Shown here piece after piece: positions 41,429 to 53,800 of a stretch of DNA of 64,000 nucleotides (position 1 is its first letter; each line of letters begins with the position of its first letter). A model generated the notes under the pieces. The model made no database searches, was not told the DNA's origin, and saw only the letters and a list, made by a program, of their open reading frames with translations. The translations under genes were made by a program, and so were the position numbers. The stretch comes from an uncultured Candidatus Saccharibacteria bacterium (GTDB lineage: Bacteria > Patescibacteriota > Minisyncoccia > Phycocordibacterales > Phycocordibacteraceae), in contig CAZWLE010000002.1 in NCBI GenBank assembly GCA_964634305.1, positions 921 through 64,920 of the forward strand, read 5' to 3'.

Positions 41429-41863
41429 TATTATCGTCGTAGAAAATGTCATTACTGCGTAAATAAAGCGTGTTTTTAGTCTGTAGTTCACAAAAATAAG
41501 ACGTGCGTATGGATTATGAGAACAATCTACTCTGAAGCTCTCTTCTTTTGAACTCAATGACTGGTTGTGCAGAGACTTTTATAGCCGAGATTCTATATGG
41601 CTTATTTATTACTTATTTCGGATAGATTTTATGACGCGTGTTTGTGATGTTTGTTCAGAAATTACATCCACAGACTCATTTTTGACTTCAAATGTTCTTT
41701 AAACACGCGTGAATGATGCTTGCGTAAGTACGTTGTTAAAACGTTTTGAAATATATTTTTTACTTCAACGTAGTTGCGTGAAATTTTTTTCATTTTATCC
41801 CCAAACTTTTCTAGGTACATGCGAATTTCACGCGATAAAATCTAGTTACTTCGGATATCCGAC

Positions 41864-44800
41864 ATGTCATTGCTCCTTGATTCAAATCTAATTTCTACTC
41901 GAGACGCATCGGCGCTTTCTGGGTATCACTCCGACTATCTCGCGCGCCTCTGCCGCGAAGAAAAAATTGTTGGAAGTCGCATTGGTCGTTCATGGGTACT
42001 CGACCGTGCATCGCTTGATGCGTTTATACGCGACCAAGAGCTCGCAAAGAAAGAACATGCCGTTGCTCTTACTCGTCAGCGTGAGCAGGAATACCGTGAA
42101 GCACAGAAAGTACACGAGACTATCGCCGTTGTAGAGGCAGAACAGGCTTCAGAGACGCCTGTAGAGGCTCCTGAAGTAGTTTCTGTGCCTGTTACAACAC
42201 CCGTATCAGCACCAGAACGCTCGTACGTGCCGATTCCAAGTCCATACGCGGAGCTTCACCCGATTCGTAACAGTGCCGTTGCTGCTCTGATTGCAGTTGT
42301 TTCTGTTGGTAGTGGCTTGGTTGCTGCTGAGGCTCGCATTGTTGAGCATGTAGCACGCATTTCAGTAGAAAACGTAGCAATTGCTAGCGATATCGGATAC
42401 GAAGCGCTCGCATCTGCAGCTACAGCGACGCTCGCGTTTGAGACAGAACTTGGCCGTTCCATCATTAGTGGTGTCGATACCCTCGCTACTCTCACGCGCG
42501 CCGAGCATCAAAGCGACACGGCTGCCTCAATTCGCTTTGCCTATGACGCAGGGGCACTGCTCCATGCACCAACGCTCCAGACCATTCCGGAGGCACTGTA
42601 TGGAGCACAACTCTCAATCGGTACTACGCTTATCGGAACATCTGATGCAATACTCGCAGCGCATCACACCGGTACGAATGCATGGGTTGAGGGTAGCGAC
42701 ATTGTGCCGCGTCGCGTTATTGCTGCTATCTACGGCGTTGGTGATGAGTTCCAGCGTGTTGCACTTCTTGCACCGCACGCTGCTGCAACGACTGCAGATA
42801 CTGCTATTGTTGCGCTCGCCGGCGAGACGCGCACCGTTGCAAACAACGCCGTTGATGCGATTTCATCGTCGCGTGATGTATTCGCACGAGCATTCAACAC
42901 ACGATTGGTTGAGCCGCGCGCAACACTTGCAGCGGTACCGCATGAAGACACGTTGGGCCCTGCACGTGCGCTTGCACTCTTTACGTACGAAACACTCAAC
43001 AGCTTCTTTGACGCGACGAGTCGTACGCTCGCAATGCTTTTCGCACCGCTTGCGCCAAACGTTGCCTACGCACCAGAACTTACTGTGCCTGGTACAGGTA
43101 CCACTTCTGTCTCTCGCCAGGTCGTTGAAGTCAGCCGAGTAGTAAATGAAATAACGAACGTTACGTACTCAAGCCCGATTACCTACGTGTACGGTGGCGT
43201 CACTATGGAGTACGTTCGTGCGGCTATAGAGAACCTCCGCGATGACGTTGCTGATGCTGATTATGGCTCAGGGGATGGCGGCCTCGCAGACATCACTGGC
43301 TCCTCTATAGAAGAGCTTTCTGACGTGGGTACCATGGCTAAGACCTGGGGCGATTTACTCTTCTGGGATGGTACTGAGTGGTCGAACCTCGCAACATCAA
43401 GCCTTGGTATTACGGGTAGTGGTATTCCAGGTGGCGCACCAGGCTACGTGCAATACAACGTTGGTGGAAACTTTGGAGGTGACGCCGCTTTTACGTTTGA
43501 TGCTGCTGCAGACCGCCTCTCCTTTACGTACGGTTCGACCACCGCATTTTCAACGGGATTCCTGAATGCAACGAGCGCAGTCATCGATACACTCTCATCA
43601 ACGGTTGCAACGGTCACCAGTCTTATTGCAACGAATGCTACTACTACTAACGCAACGTCGACGAATCTCACAGCGCTTAACTCGTTCGCACTTGGTGCTG
43701 ACCGCATCACTGATCTCACCGGCTCAGGTCTAACAGTAACGGCAGGTGCGCTCGCTGTTGATGATGTAACGCCGGCGATGCTTCAAGCGGCAGACTTTGG
43801 TGATTTCACTTGTAACGGTACGTCATGTTCATTTGATGCGGACACAGTGTCTGACAGTGAGCTCGATTACGGCACGGTCACACTAACTGACTTCACCAAC
43901 GATGCAGGGTTTATCACTGGTATTGGTGCGTTCTCGATTGAAGACCTATCGGATGTTGCCGCGATGACAGAGAGCTATGGCAACCTTCTCTCCTGGAACG
44001 GGAGCGCGTGGACGAACATTGCGACCTCGACGTTGAACATTGCCCTCAGCAACACGACAGGCATTCTTCCTATTAGTAGAGGAGGCACCGGTACTTCTAC
44101 CGTTCCGACCTACGGACAGCTACTCGTAGGTGACGGCCTCGGGGGCTATGCACTACTTGCGACCTCTTCTCTGGGTATTTCCGGCAGCGGCGGTACGCCA
44201 GGTGGGCTTACAGGTCAGGTGCAGTTTAATAGCGCAGGTACGTTCGCAGGAGACACTGGCTTTACCTACGACGCAGCGGCTGACCGTTTGACTGTAACCT
44301 ATGCGTCTTCGACAGCCTTCTCCTCTATATATGCCTCGTCAACGAACGTATTTGCGGGGAATCTGACCGTTGGCTCACTCACGGGCATCTTGAAAGCTAC
44401 GGGCGGGGTAGTCTCTGCAGCGACTGCCGGTACTGACTATGAGAACCCCCTTACCTTTGCCTATCCTCTGACGCGCTCAGTGAATACTGTTTCTCTCGCG
44501 TTTGGTACCACGACGACTAACACCTGGGTACATCAAATCTTCTCGTCCCTCGTTGCAACAAATGCGTCTTCAACCAACGCCACGACGAGCCAGCTGGCCG
44601 TCACGTCACTGCCGTCACAGCTCCTACGCACGGATGGTACGGGACGCCTTGCAGGGACGACTATAGGTACGGGCCTTACCTTCGACGGTACGACGCTCTC
44701 AGCAACAGGTGGCGGCGGGACAGGTAACGTTTCAACCTCAAGCAGTGAGACCGCAGGACAGGTACCGTACTGGACGACCACGGCAGGCTCTCCAGCGCGT

Positions 44801-47800
44801 CTTGGTAGTGTTGCGACCACAACCTTTGCCGTTTCTGGTCCGTTTAACGTCTCTGGAAGCCTTGGCTCGCTCATTGGCGGTACGAACGCGACGATTTCAT
44901 ACTACGGCCTTGCTACTACCTCGAATATTAGTCAGGGTCAGGTGCTCTACGGCACGAGTGCTTCAGGGGTCGCCTCAGTTGCTACTTCAACACCAGCACT
45001 TTCTACGGCCTTTAGTTACTCTGGCACGCTTGGTTCGTTTGTAGGTGGAGCCTCAGGTACGCTCTCGCTTGCAAATAATGGTGTAGCGCTCACCAATCTT
45101 GCGCAGATTGCAGCGAACACTGTTCTCGCTAATCCAACGGGAGCAATCGGTAACGTGCAAGCGATTGCGACCTCAACCTTCTTTGGAACAGGCACCGGTG
45201 GCTACGTGCTTGCTTGGAACAACGGCGCACCAACGTGGGTAGGTACCTCATCTATACAAAACGGCGTCGCAGCAATAGGTCCTGCAGGACAGACACAGAC
45301 GGGTACGGTACTTATTGCTACGAGCACGAGCGGTACTGACATTACGGTAACGGCTACTGGTGGCACTATTACCTTTAATATCCCATCAGCATCCGCGTCT
45401 GCACGCGGTCTTCTTACCAGTACCGACTGGAACACCTTCAACAACAAGATTAGCTCTACCTCGCTCTCTGGTGGTACGGGTATTAGCTACAACAGTGGCT
45501 CAGGTGTCATCACCAACACCGGTGTTACTTCGCTCTCTGGTACGACCAATCAAATAACGGCATCTGCGGCTACCGGTGCGGTTACGGTCTCTCTTCCTGG
45601 TCTCGTCGCATTCCCGAACGCCTACACCGCAAGCTACGGCACTACCACCTACGCCTCTTCAACGGCGCTCTCCTCCGTATACGCATCGTCAACAAACGCA
45701 TCCTTTGGAAATCTTTCAGTTGGCACACTGACTGGTCCGCTCCAGGCTGTCAACGGCGTTGTCTCAGCATCGTCGACACTCTCTGTTGTATATGGCGGCA
45801 CTGGCTGGAACGCAGTGCAGTCTGGTGCGCTTTTGTACGGTAATGGCGCTGGTCGTTTAGCGACGACAACGCAAGGTACCGGTGGTCAGGTGCTTGCGTG
45901 GTTGAACGGTATCCCTACGTGGACTGCGACGTCCTCCATACAAAACGGTGTGTCTTCAGTGCAGCAGTCCTTTGGCGCTGCACAAACCGGTGCCATCACA
46001 CTCGCCACAAGCTCAGACACAAACGTGCTGCTCTCCATTACTAACTCTGGTGGCACCTTTACCTTTACTCCGTCGTGGACAGGTACGCTTGCGTACGGTC
46101 GTGGCGGTACAGGCACAACGACTGCGCCCGCAGGTCAGTTGTTGTATGGCGGTACGACAGCCTATCAGTCGGTGGCAACATCAACGGTTTCTGCAGGAAC
46201 GGGTATTGGGTTTACGGGTACGCCAGGGTATCTCGTGGGAGGAACTAATCTCACGATTACCAACAACGGTGTCACAAGTATAAGTGGCACCACTAACCAG
46301 ATAACGGCATCTGCTGGTACTGGTGCAGTAACGTTGTCGCTTCCAGGTCTCGTCGCATTCCCGAACGCCTACACCGCAAGCTACGGCACTACCACCTACG
46401 CCTCTTCAACGGCGCTTAGTGCGGCGTACGCTTCATCTACCAATCTCTTCGTCGGCAATTTCACTCTCGGTACGCTTAATGGTCCATTGCAAGCAAACAA
46501 CGGTGTCGTATCAGCGACTACCACTATTGGTGCGATTTATGGTGGTACTGGTCAGAGTAGCTACGCAGCAGGCGATCTTCTCTATGCAGATTCCGCGACG
46601 TCACTTGCACGTCTGCCAGTTTCAACCAACGGCTTGGTCTTGAAGCTAGTGGGTGGGCTACCAAGTTGGCAGCCAGACCTTACGACGGGTGGCGGTGGTG
46701 GTGCGGGAGCGTGGAGCACGACGACTGATAGTCTCGCAATTTACCCTTCAGATACCTCTGACGTGGTCATTATAGGAGCCTCGGCTACCTCCACCACAGG
46801 CAGCATCTTTGAAGTCGCAGGTCGTTCCTATTTCTCAAACACACTCAGTATCGGTACCACCTCTGGTTCATCGCTATTCCGTCTTGCGGTGCAGGGTAAT
46901 GGCCTTTTCTCCGGAAATCTTTCAACGGCGAATCTTACTGCGACGGGTACAGTATCAACGGCAAATCTTACTGCAACGGCGGCAACCACCACGTACCTAG
47001 GCATCAACAACGAAACCTTCACCGACCTCACTGGCACGGGTCTTCAGAACGTTGGTGGTGCGCTTACGATTAACGCTACCGGCGATTGGACAGGAACATT
47101 TGACGGACAGGAAGGCACCTATTATCTCAACCGCGCAAATCACACAGGCACGCAGCTTGCATCGACGATTTCTGACTTCGATGGTGCGGTCAATACCTAC
47201 ATCGCTGGTTCCACCACGATTCCAAAGACCTATAGCGCGAACACCTTCACCGGCGCTCAGGTATTTAGCAGCGGCGTTACTATAGGTACCCTTAATGGTC
47301 CTTTGCAGGCAAATAATGGTGTCGTTTCAGCTACGACGTCTGTTGGCGTCCTCTACGGAGGCACTGGTCTTACTACTGCACCAAGTTACGGGCAGATTCT
47401 CGTGGGCAATAGTAGTGGTGGGTATACCCTGACCGCTACCTCTTCACTTGGTTTGGTTACGAGCGCAGTTACCGCTATTGGTCCGGCAGGGCAGGCACAA
47501 ACGGGACCAACGGTAACGTTCGCGACGAGCTCAACGGCGTACAACGGTCTTACGGCGTCAACGACGATTACAGCAACAGGAAACACTATTACATTTGCTA
47601 ATACACTCGCTGGTCTCCTTGGTGTAGCAGGTGGCGGTACTGGTTCAACAACGTTGGGCGGTATTCTCACCGGTAACGGCACCGGTCAGGTAACGAGCGC
47701 GACGGTGTCTGCGCCCCTTAGCTTCAGTGGCAATACGCTCTCTATTTCGCAGGCCAATGGCTCGACCAACGGCTATCTTTCTTCAACCGACTGGAACACC

Positions 47801-50800
47801 TTCAACAACAAGATTAGCTCTACCTCACTTTCTGGTGCGTCAGTGATTAGCTACACCTCTGGTACTGGTGTCATTACAACGACCGGTGGCACGTTTGGCG
47901 CTGGTAACTACGTGTTCCCGTCAGCGCTCACGGTCCAGGGTGCCTCAAGCTTCCAGAACGCATCAACGACGAACTTGTCGGCTAACACGCTTGCGGTGGG
48001 CGGCACAGGTACTACAAGCGTGAGTGCAACGGGTGCACTCACGACACCATCACTCACCATTGGTTCTCTTACCGGTATTCTTAAAGCAACCGCTGGCCTC
48101 GTCTCGGTGGCGACCGGTGGCACTGACTACGAAAATCCGCTCACTTTCGTATATCCGCTCACACGTGCGGTTAACAGCATCTCGCTTGCGTTTGGTACGA
48201 CGACTGCAAACACATGGGGCGCTCAGCAAACGTTCAGTGGATTGTTTGCCACAAATGCATCAACGACGAACGCGACGACCACCTCGCTTGGCATCAACAA
48301 CGAAACCTTCACCGACCTCACTGGCACGGGTCTTCAGAACGTTGGTGGTGCGCTTACGATTAACGCTACCGGCGATTGGACAGGAACATTTGACGGACAG
48401 GAAGGCACCTATTATCTCAACCGCGCAAATCACACAGGCACGCAACTTGCGTCTACTATCTCGAACTTCGACGCCACGGTTAATGCGTACATCCATGGCT
48501 CAACGACAATCCCTAAGACATATACCGCAAATACATTCACTGCAGCGCAGGTATTTAGTGGTGGGGTAACCATTGGTACGCTCAACGGTCCTCTGCAAGC
48601 AAACAATGGAGTAGTGAGCGCGACTACGTCTATCGGTGTACTTTATGGCGGCACAGGCCTTACGACGGCGCCTACATACGGTCAGATTCTCGTGGGTAAT
48701 AGCTCTGGCGGCTACACGCTCACTGCGACATCCTCACTTGGTTTGGTAACGAGCGCAGTTACCGCTATTGGTCCGGCAGGGCAGACACAAACGGGACCAA
48801 CCATAACGCTTGCGACGAGCTCTACTGCATTCAATGGTCTGACAGCGTCTACGACCATAACTGGTACCGGGAATGTCATTACATTCTCAAACACCCTTGC
48901 CGGTGTGCTTGGTGTAGCAGGTGGCGGTACTGGTTCAACAACGTTGGGCGGTATTCTCACCGGTAACGGCACCGGTCAGGTAACGAGCGCGACGGTGTCT
49001 GCGCCCCTTAGCTTCAGTGGCAATACGCTCTCTATTTCGCAGGCCAACGGCTCGACCAACGGCTACCTCAGCAGTACTGATTGGAATACCTTTAATAATA
49101 AGATTTCTTCAACGTCGCTCTCTGGCGGTACCGGTATTAGCTACAACAGTGGCTCAGGCGTCATCACCAACACCGGTGTTACTTCGCTCTCTGGTACGAC
49201 TAATCAAATAACGGCATCTGCGGCTACGGGGGCAGTCACGCTCTCTCTCCCGGGTCTCGTTGCGTTCCCGAACGCATACACAGCAACATACGGCACCACT
49301 ACGTATGCCTCTTCGACGGCACTCTCAACTGTCTACGCCTCATCAACAAACGCATTCTTCGGCAATCTCTCTGTCGGTGCACTTACGGGTCCACTCCAAG
49401 CTCTCAACGGGACCGTAAGCGCATCGTCGACGCTCTCGGTTGCCTACGGGGGCACTGGCTGGAATAGCATTCAAGCGAATGCCGTACTCTACGGCAACGG
49501 CGCCGGACGCCTCGCAACGACATCTGCAGGCACGAACGGTCAGGTTCTTGCGCTAGTCAACGGCGTACCAACGTGGGTAGCAACGTCGTCGATAAACAAC
49601 GGTGTCTCCTCGATACGGCAAAGTTTCGGTGCTGCACAAACTGGTGCCATCACACTCGCCACAAGCTCAGATACAAACGTCTTGCTTTCCATTACTAACT
49701 CTGGTGGCACCTTCACGTTCGCACCAAGCTGGACGGGTCAGCTTGCGGTGGCTCGTGGTGGTACGGGCGCTGGGTCGTTTACCTCTGGTCAGCTGGTCTA
49801 TGGTGCAGGTACCGGAGCTCTACAAAGCGTAGCGACCTCAACCTTTGCGGTCTCTGGTCCATTTACTACCTCAGGTACGCTCGGTTCACTGGTCGGTGGT
49901 ACAAATGCGACGGTCACGTACTACGGTCTTGCAACTACTTCTGCTATTTCTCAAGGTCAGGTGCTCTACGCAACTGGTGCGGCAGGGGTTGCGTCCGTCG
50001 CTACGTCAACACCAACGCTCTCCGCAGCCTTTAGCTACTCCGGTACGCTCGGCAGCTTTGTAGGTGGAGTCAATGGCACGCTCTCACTCGCTACCAATGG
50101 TGTTGCGCTTAATAATCTTGCGCAAATTGCAGCAAACACGGTACTTGCAAATCCAACGGGGGCAACAGGGAACGTGCAGGCCATTGCCACCTCTACCTTC
50201 TTTGGTACGGGTACGGGTGGTCAGGTGCTTACGTGGAATAACGGGGTTCCTCAGTGGGTAGCAACGACGACGTATGCAAACGGTACCGGTATCTCTACAT
50301 CGTTTGCAAACGGACAACTTACGATAACGAACACTGGTGTTACGTCATTGTCTGGTACGACTAATCAAATAACAGCGTCAGCGGGCACGGGTGCCGTCAC
50401 ACTCTCACTGCCATCCTTGGTGGCATTCCCGAACGCATATACCGCAACATATGGCACCACTACGTATGCCTCGTCGACTGCGCTCTCGTCGGTGTACGCA
50501 TCGTCAACGAACGTCTTTGCAGGAAACCTCAGTATCGGCGCTCTTACCGGCATCCTCAAGGCAACGGCAGGCGTAGTGTCTACTGCGGTTGCGGGGACAG
50601 ACTATGTAGCTGGTGGAGCAGGTGCCGCTACGACCACGCTCTCCTTCAGTGGTCCATTCACTACGTCTGCAACGCCAGTAGTGTTTGGTTCCTCACCAAT
50701 TACGACAACGTACTATGGCCTTGCAACGACCTCAGCTATTTCTCAAGGTCAGGTGCTGTACGGCACCTCTGCCTCAGGTGTTGCTTCAGTTGCAACCTCT

Positions 50801-53800
50801 TCTGTGTCTGCGGGAACGGGGATTGGTTTTACTGGCACGCCAGGGGCGCTGGTTGGTGGAACGGCACTCACCATAACGAACACCGGAGTTACCTCGCTCT
50901 CTGGCACTACTAATCAGATTACTGCTTCTGCAGGTACAGGCGCTGTAACCCTTTCTATCCCGTCTCTCTTCTCCATACAGCAGGCATCAACGACGATGTT
51001 GTCATCAAATGGTCCTTTCTTTGTCGGTACCACCTCAACGACAACCATCTGGGGTAATGCAACATCGACGTTCTCAGGCGGCATCAATTTGACTAATGGT
51101 GGATGCTACGCCATTGGCGGAACGTGTATTGGTGCACTGGGTGCATCCGGTACCGTTAATAACGGTACAACAGGTCAGATTCCGTACTACGCTGCAAACG
51201 GAAATATTCTTACTGCCACCTCAAGTATCTTTATTGCAGCTAGTAGTGACGTAGGTATTGGAACGAACGCGCCTACTAACTACGGTGCAGGATATAGAAC
51301 ACTTGCGATAGATGGTGCAGCGTCGGGTGTGCTTGATGTGATGAGTAACGGTACGCTTTCCGGAACCCTCTATAACGATGGTTCGACGTTCCGTGTAGGA
51401 AATAGGAACCCAAGTGCATTTGAGCTTATTACTGACAATACACCGCGCCTTACCATAAGCGGCGGTGGTGATGTCACCATAAACGGTGGTTCGCTCACCA
51501 TCGGCACCCTCTCAGGCCTTTTGAAGGCAACGAACGGTCTTGTCTCCGCTGCCACCGCAGGCACCGACTACATCGCAGGGGGCGCAGGCGCTGCCACCTC
51601 TTCTGTCTCCTGTGCGGGTACCGCGTCCTGTACCAGCTTTGTCGCGTTCTCTGCAACCCCTATTACGATTACGGGCACCGGTCTTTCTGCATACGATGCG
51701 TGGACGCATCCCGCAGCAGGGCAGTCAGCAACGACGTCACTTATTCTTCTTGACGGCAACGCCTCAACCACACAGCTCTCTGCAACGCGTGCGTATTTTG
51801 GTGGTACGGCCACTTCAACGTTCACCGCTACCGGCGCACTTGGTATTGCCACTACCTCTCCTCAGGGATTACTGGAAATAGGCAATAACGATACGGGCAC
51901 CATTGGCGCATACATCACCAACGCGAATACGTCTATTGGTACGCCCCGAGCCTTACTCTCTATTCGTAATAACTACGCTGCTACCGGTCTCAACCTCTAT
52001 GCTCTAGGTTCTAGTCACTTTAATAACGGACGATTCCGCCAAGATGGCGCGCTCATAGAAGCTGGTTCTAGCCTCTCTGGTGGTCTCTCAATAGCAACAG
52101 AGACGACTGCGCCGATACGTTTCTATACTAATGGTGATAACGAACGTCTCCGTATTACAGAAACAGGACTCGTTGGTATTGGTACCACCTCCCCTCAATT
52201 CCTTCTTCAGCTAGCGGCTGCGACCAGCCCTCAACTCACGCTCTCAGACGGCTCCTTGACCGCTGCACCGTTCAATTTCCGTGCAATCAATAATACCCTC
52301 TATCTCTCAACGTCTTCTCCGACGACGTTCGCTACTACCTCGACTGCATTTGCCTCATTCAACAATACAACTGGCTCTACCAGTCTCCTCAAACTTGATG
52401 TTACGGGCAGTGCTACCTCATCTTTCGCTGGAGGTATTAATCTTACGACTGGCTGCTACGCCATCAACGGCACTTGTTTGCCAACCACTGCTGGTCTTGC
52501 GTCATACGACGCCTGGACGCATCCCGCAGCAGGGCAGTCAGCGACCACGTCTTTGATGTTGTTCAACGGTAATGCATCAACGACTCAGCTCTCTGCAACG
52601 CGTGCGTATTTTGGTGGTACGGCAACGACCACTATCACTGCCGCAGGCTTTGTGGGTGTCGGCTCCTCAACTCCGTGGGCACAGCTGTCAATCAATCCTA
52701 CGAGTGCAAATGGTTCCGCGCCGTCGTTTGTAATTGGTTCGTCTACGGGTACTCGATTTGTAGTCAGAAACGACGGTGCGGTCGGTATTGGTACTGCTGC
52801 GCCAACTGACGCACTGTATATCCAAGACCCTAATGGAAGAGGAATGACCATTAATCAGGGTTCTATCAGTCTCTTAAATCCATCAGGAAACGCCGGACGC
52901 CTTTCCTTTAATGGCGGTAGTGACACGAGCCGATTCTGGTTTAGTCCGAGCCACGAACAAAACTACATCTCATTTGACGATGTAGGTGATGGATATTCAC
53001 ACGTACTTGCAATTGAGGGAGGAGCAGGAACAGATACAGGACTGCTGTACTTCGACTCTAGTGAAAATCTGGGAGTTGCGACCAGCTCCCCATACGCGCG
53101 TCTCTCGGTCTGGGGCAATTCGACGGGGAAAATCTTTGAGGCAGTCACTGCTGCTTCCTCAAGCGCTCTGTCTGTCTCTGCAACTGGGTTTGGTACGACG
53201 ACCGTGTCAGGTCTTACGATTTCGGGTTCGGCAACCTCTACGTCGAACGTTGGTTTCAACATCACCACTGGGTGTTATGCCATAAACGGGACGTGTATCT
53301 CTGGGGGCGGAAGTGGCCTCTCTTCATACGACGCCTGGACTCACGCGTCTATCTATCAGTCAGCAACGACATCGATGATGGGCTTTGGTACGACGACGCC
53401 ACGATGGGCACTCCAAGTTGCGTCGTCAACCGCGCCGCAACTCACGCTTTCTGACGCTACTGGTGGTCATTGGTCATTCCGTTCTATTAATGGCAACCTC
53501 TACATCGCGACCTCAAGTGCTACGACCTTCGCGACTACGTCAACTACGGCACTGACGATTAACACGGTAGGCAATATAGGTATTGGTAGTAGTTCTCCAT
53601 GGGGTCAGCTTTCTATCAATGCGAACGGTGGCGTCACTGGTTCTAATCCTCTCTTTGCTATCGGTTCGTCGACATCAAATCTCCTTGTAGTTGATTACGC
53701 GGGTCGCATGGGACTTGGAACCACGTCGCCGTATGCGAAGCTCTCGGTCGTTGGTGAGACCGTATCTACCTTCTTTACAGCAACGTCGACGAGCGCCACT

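Noticed and set aside
46990-49050. CRISPR array or diversity-generating retroelement TR/VR pair
   Set aside because: The repeats are in-frame coding duplications without spacers. Differences are synonymous rather than adenine-specific, and there is no cas or reverse transcriptase gene.
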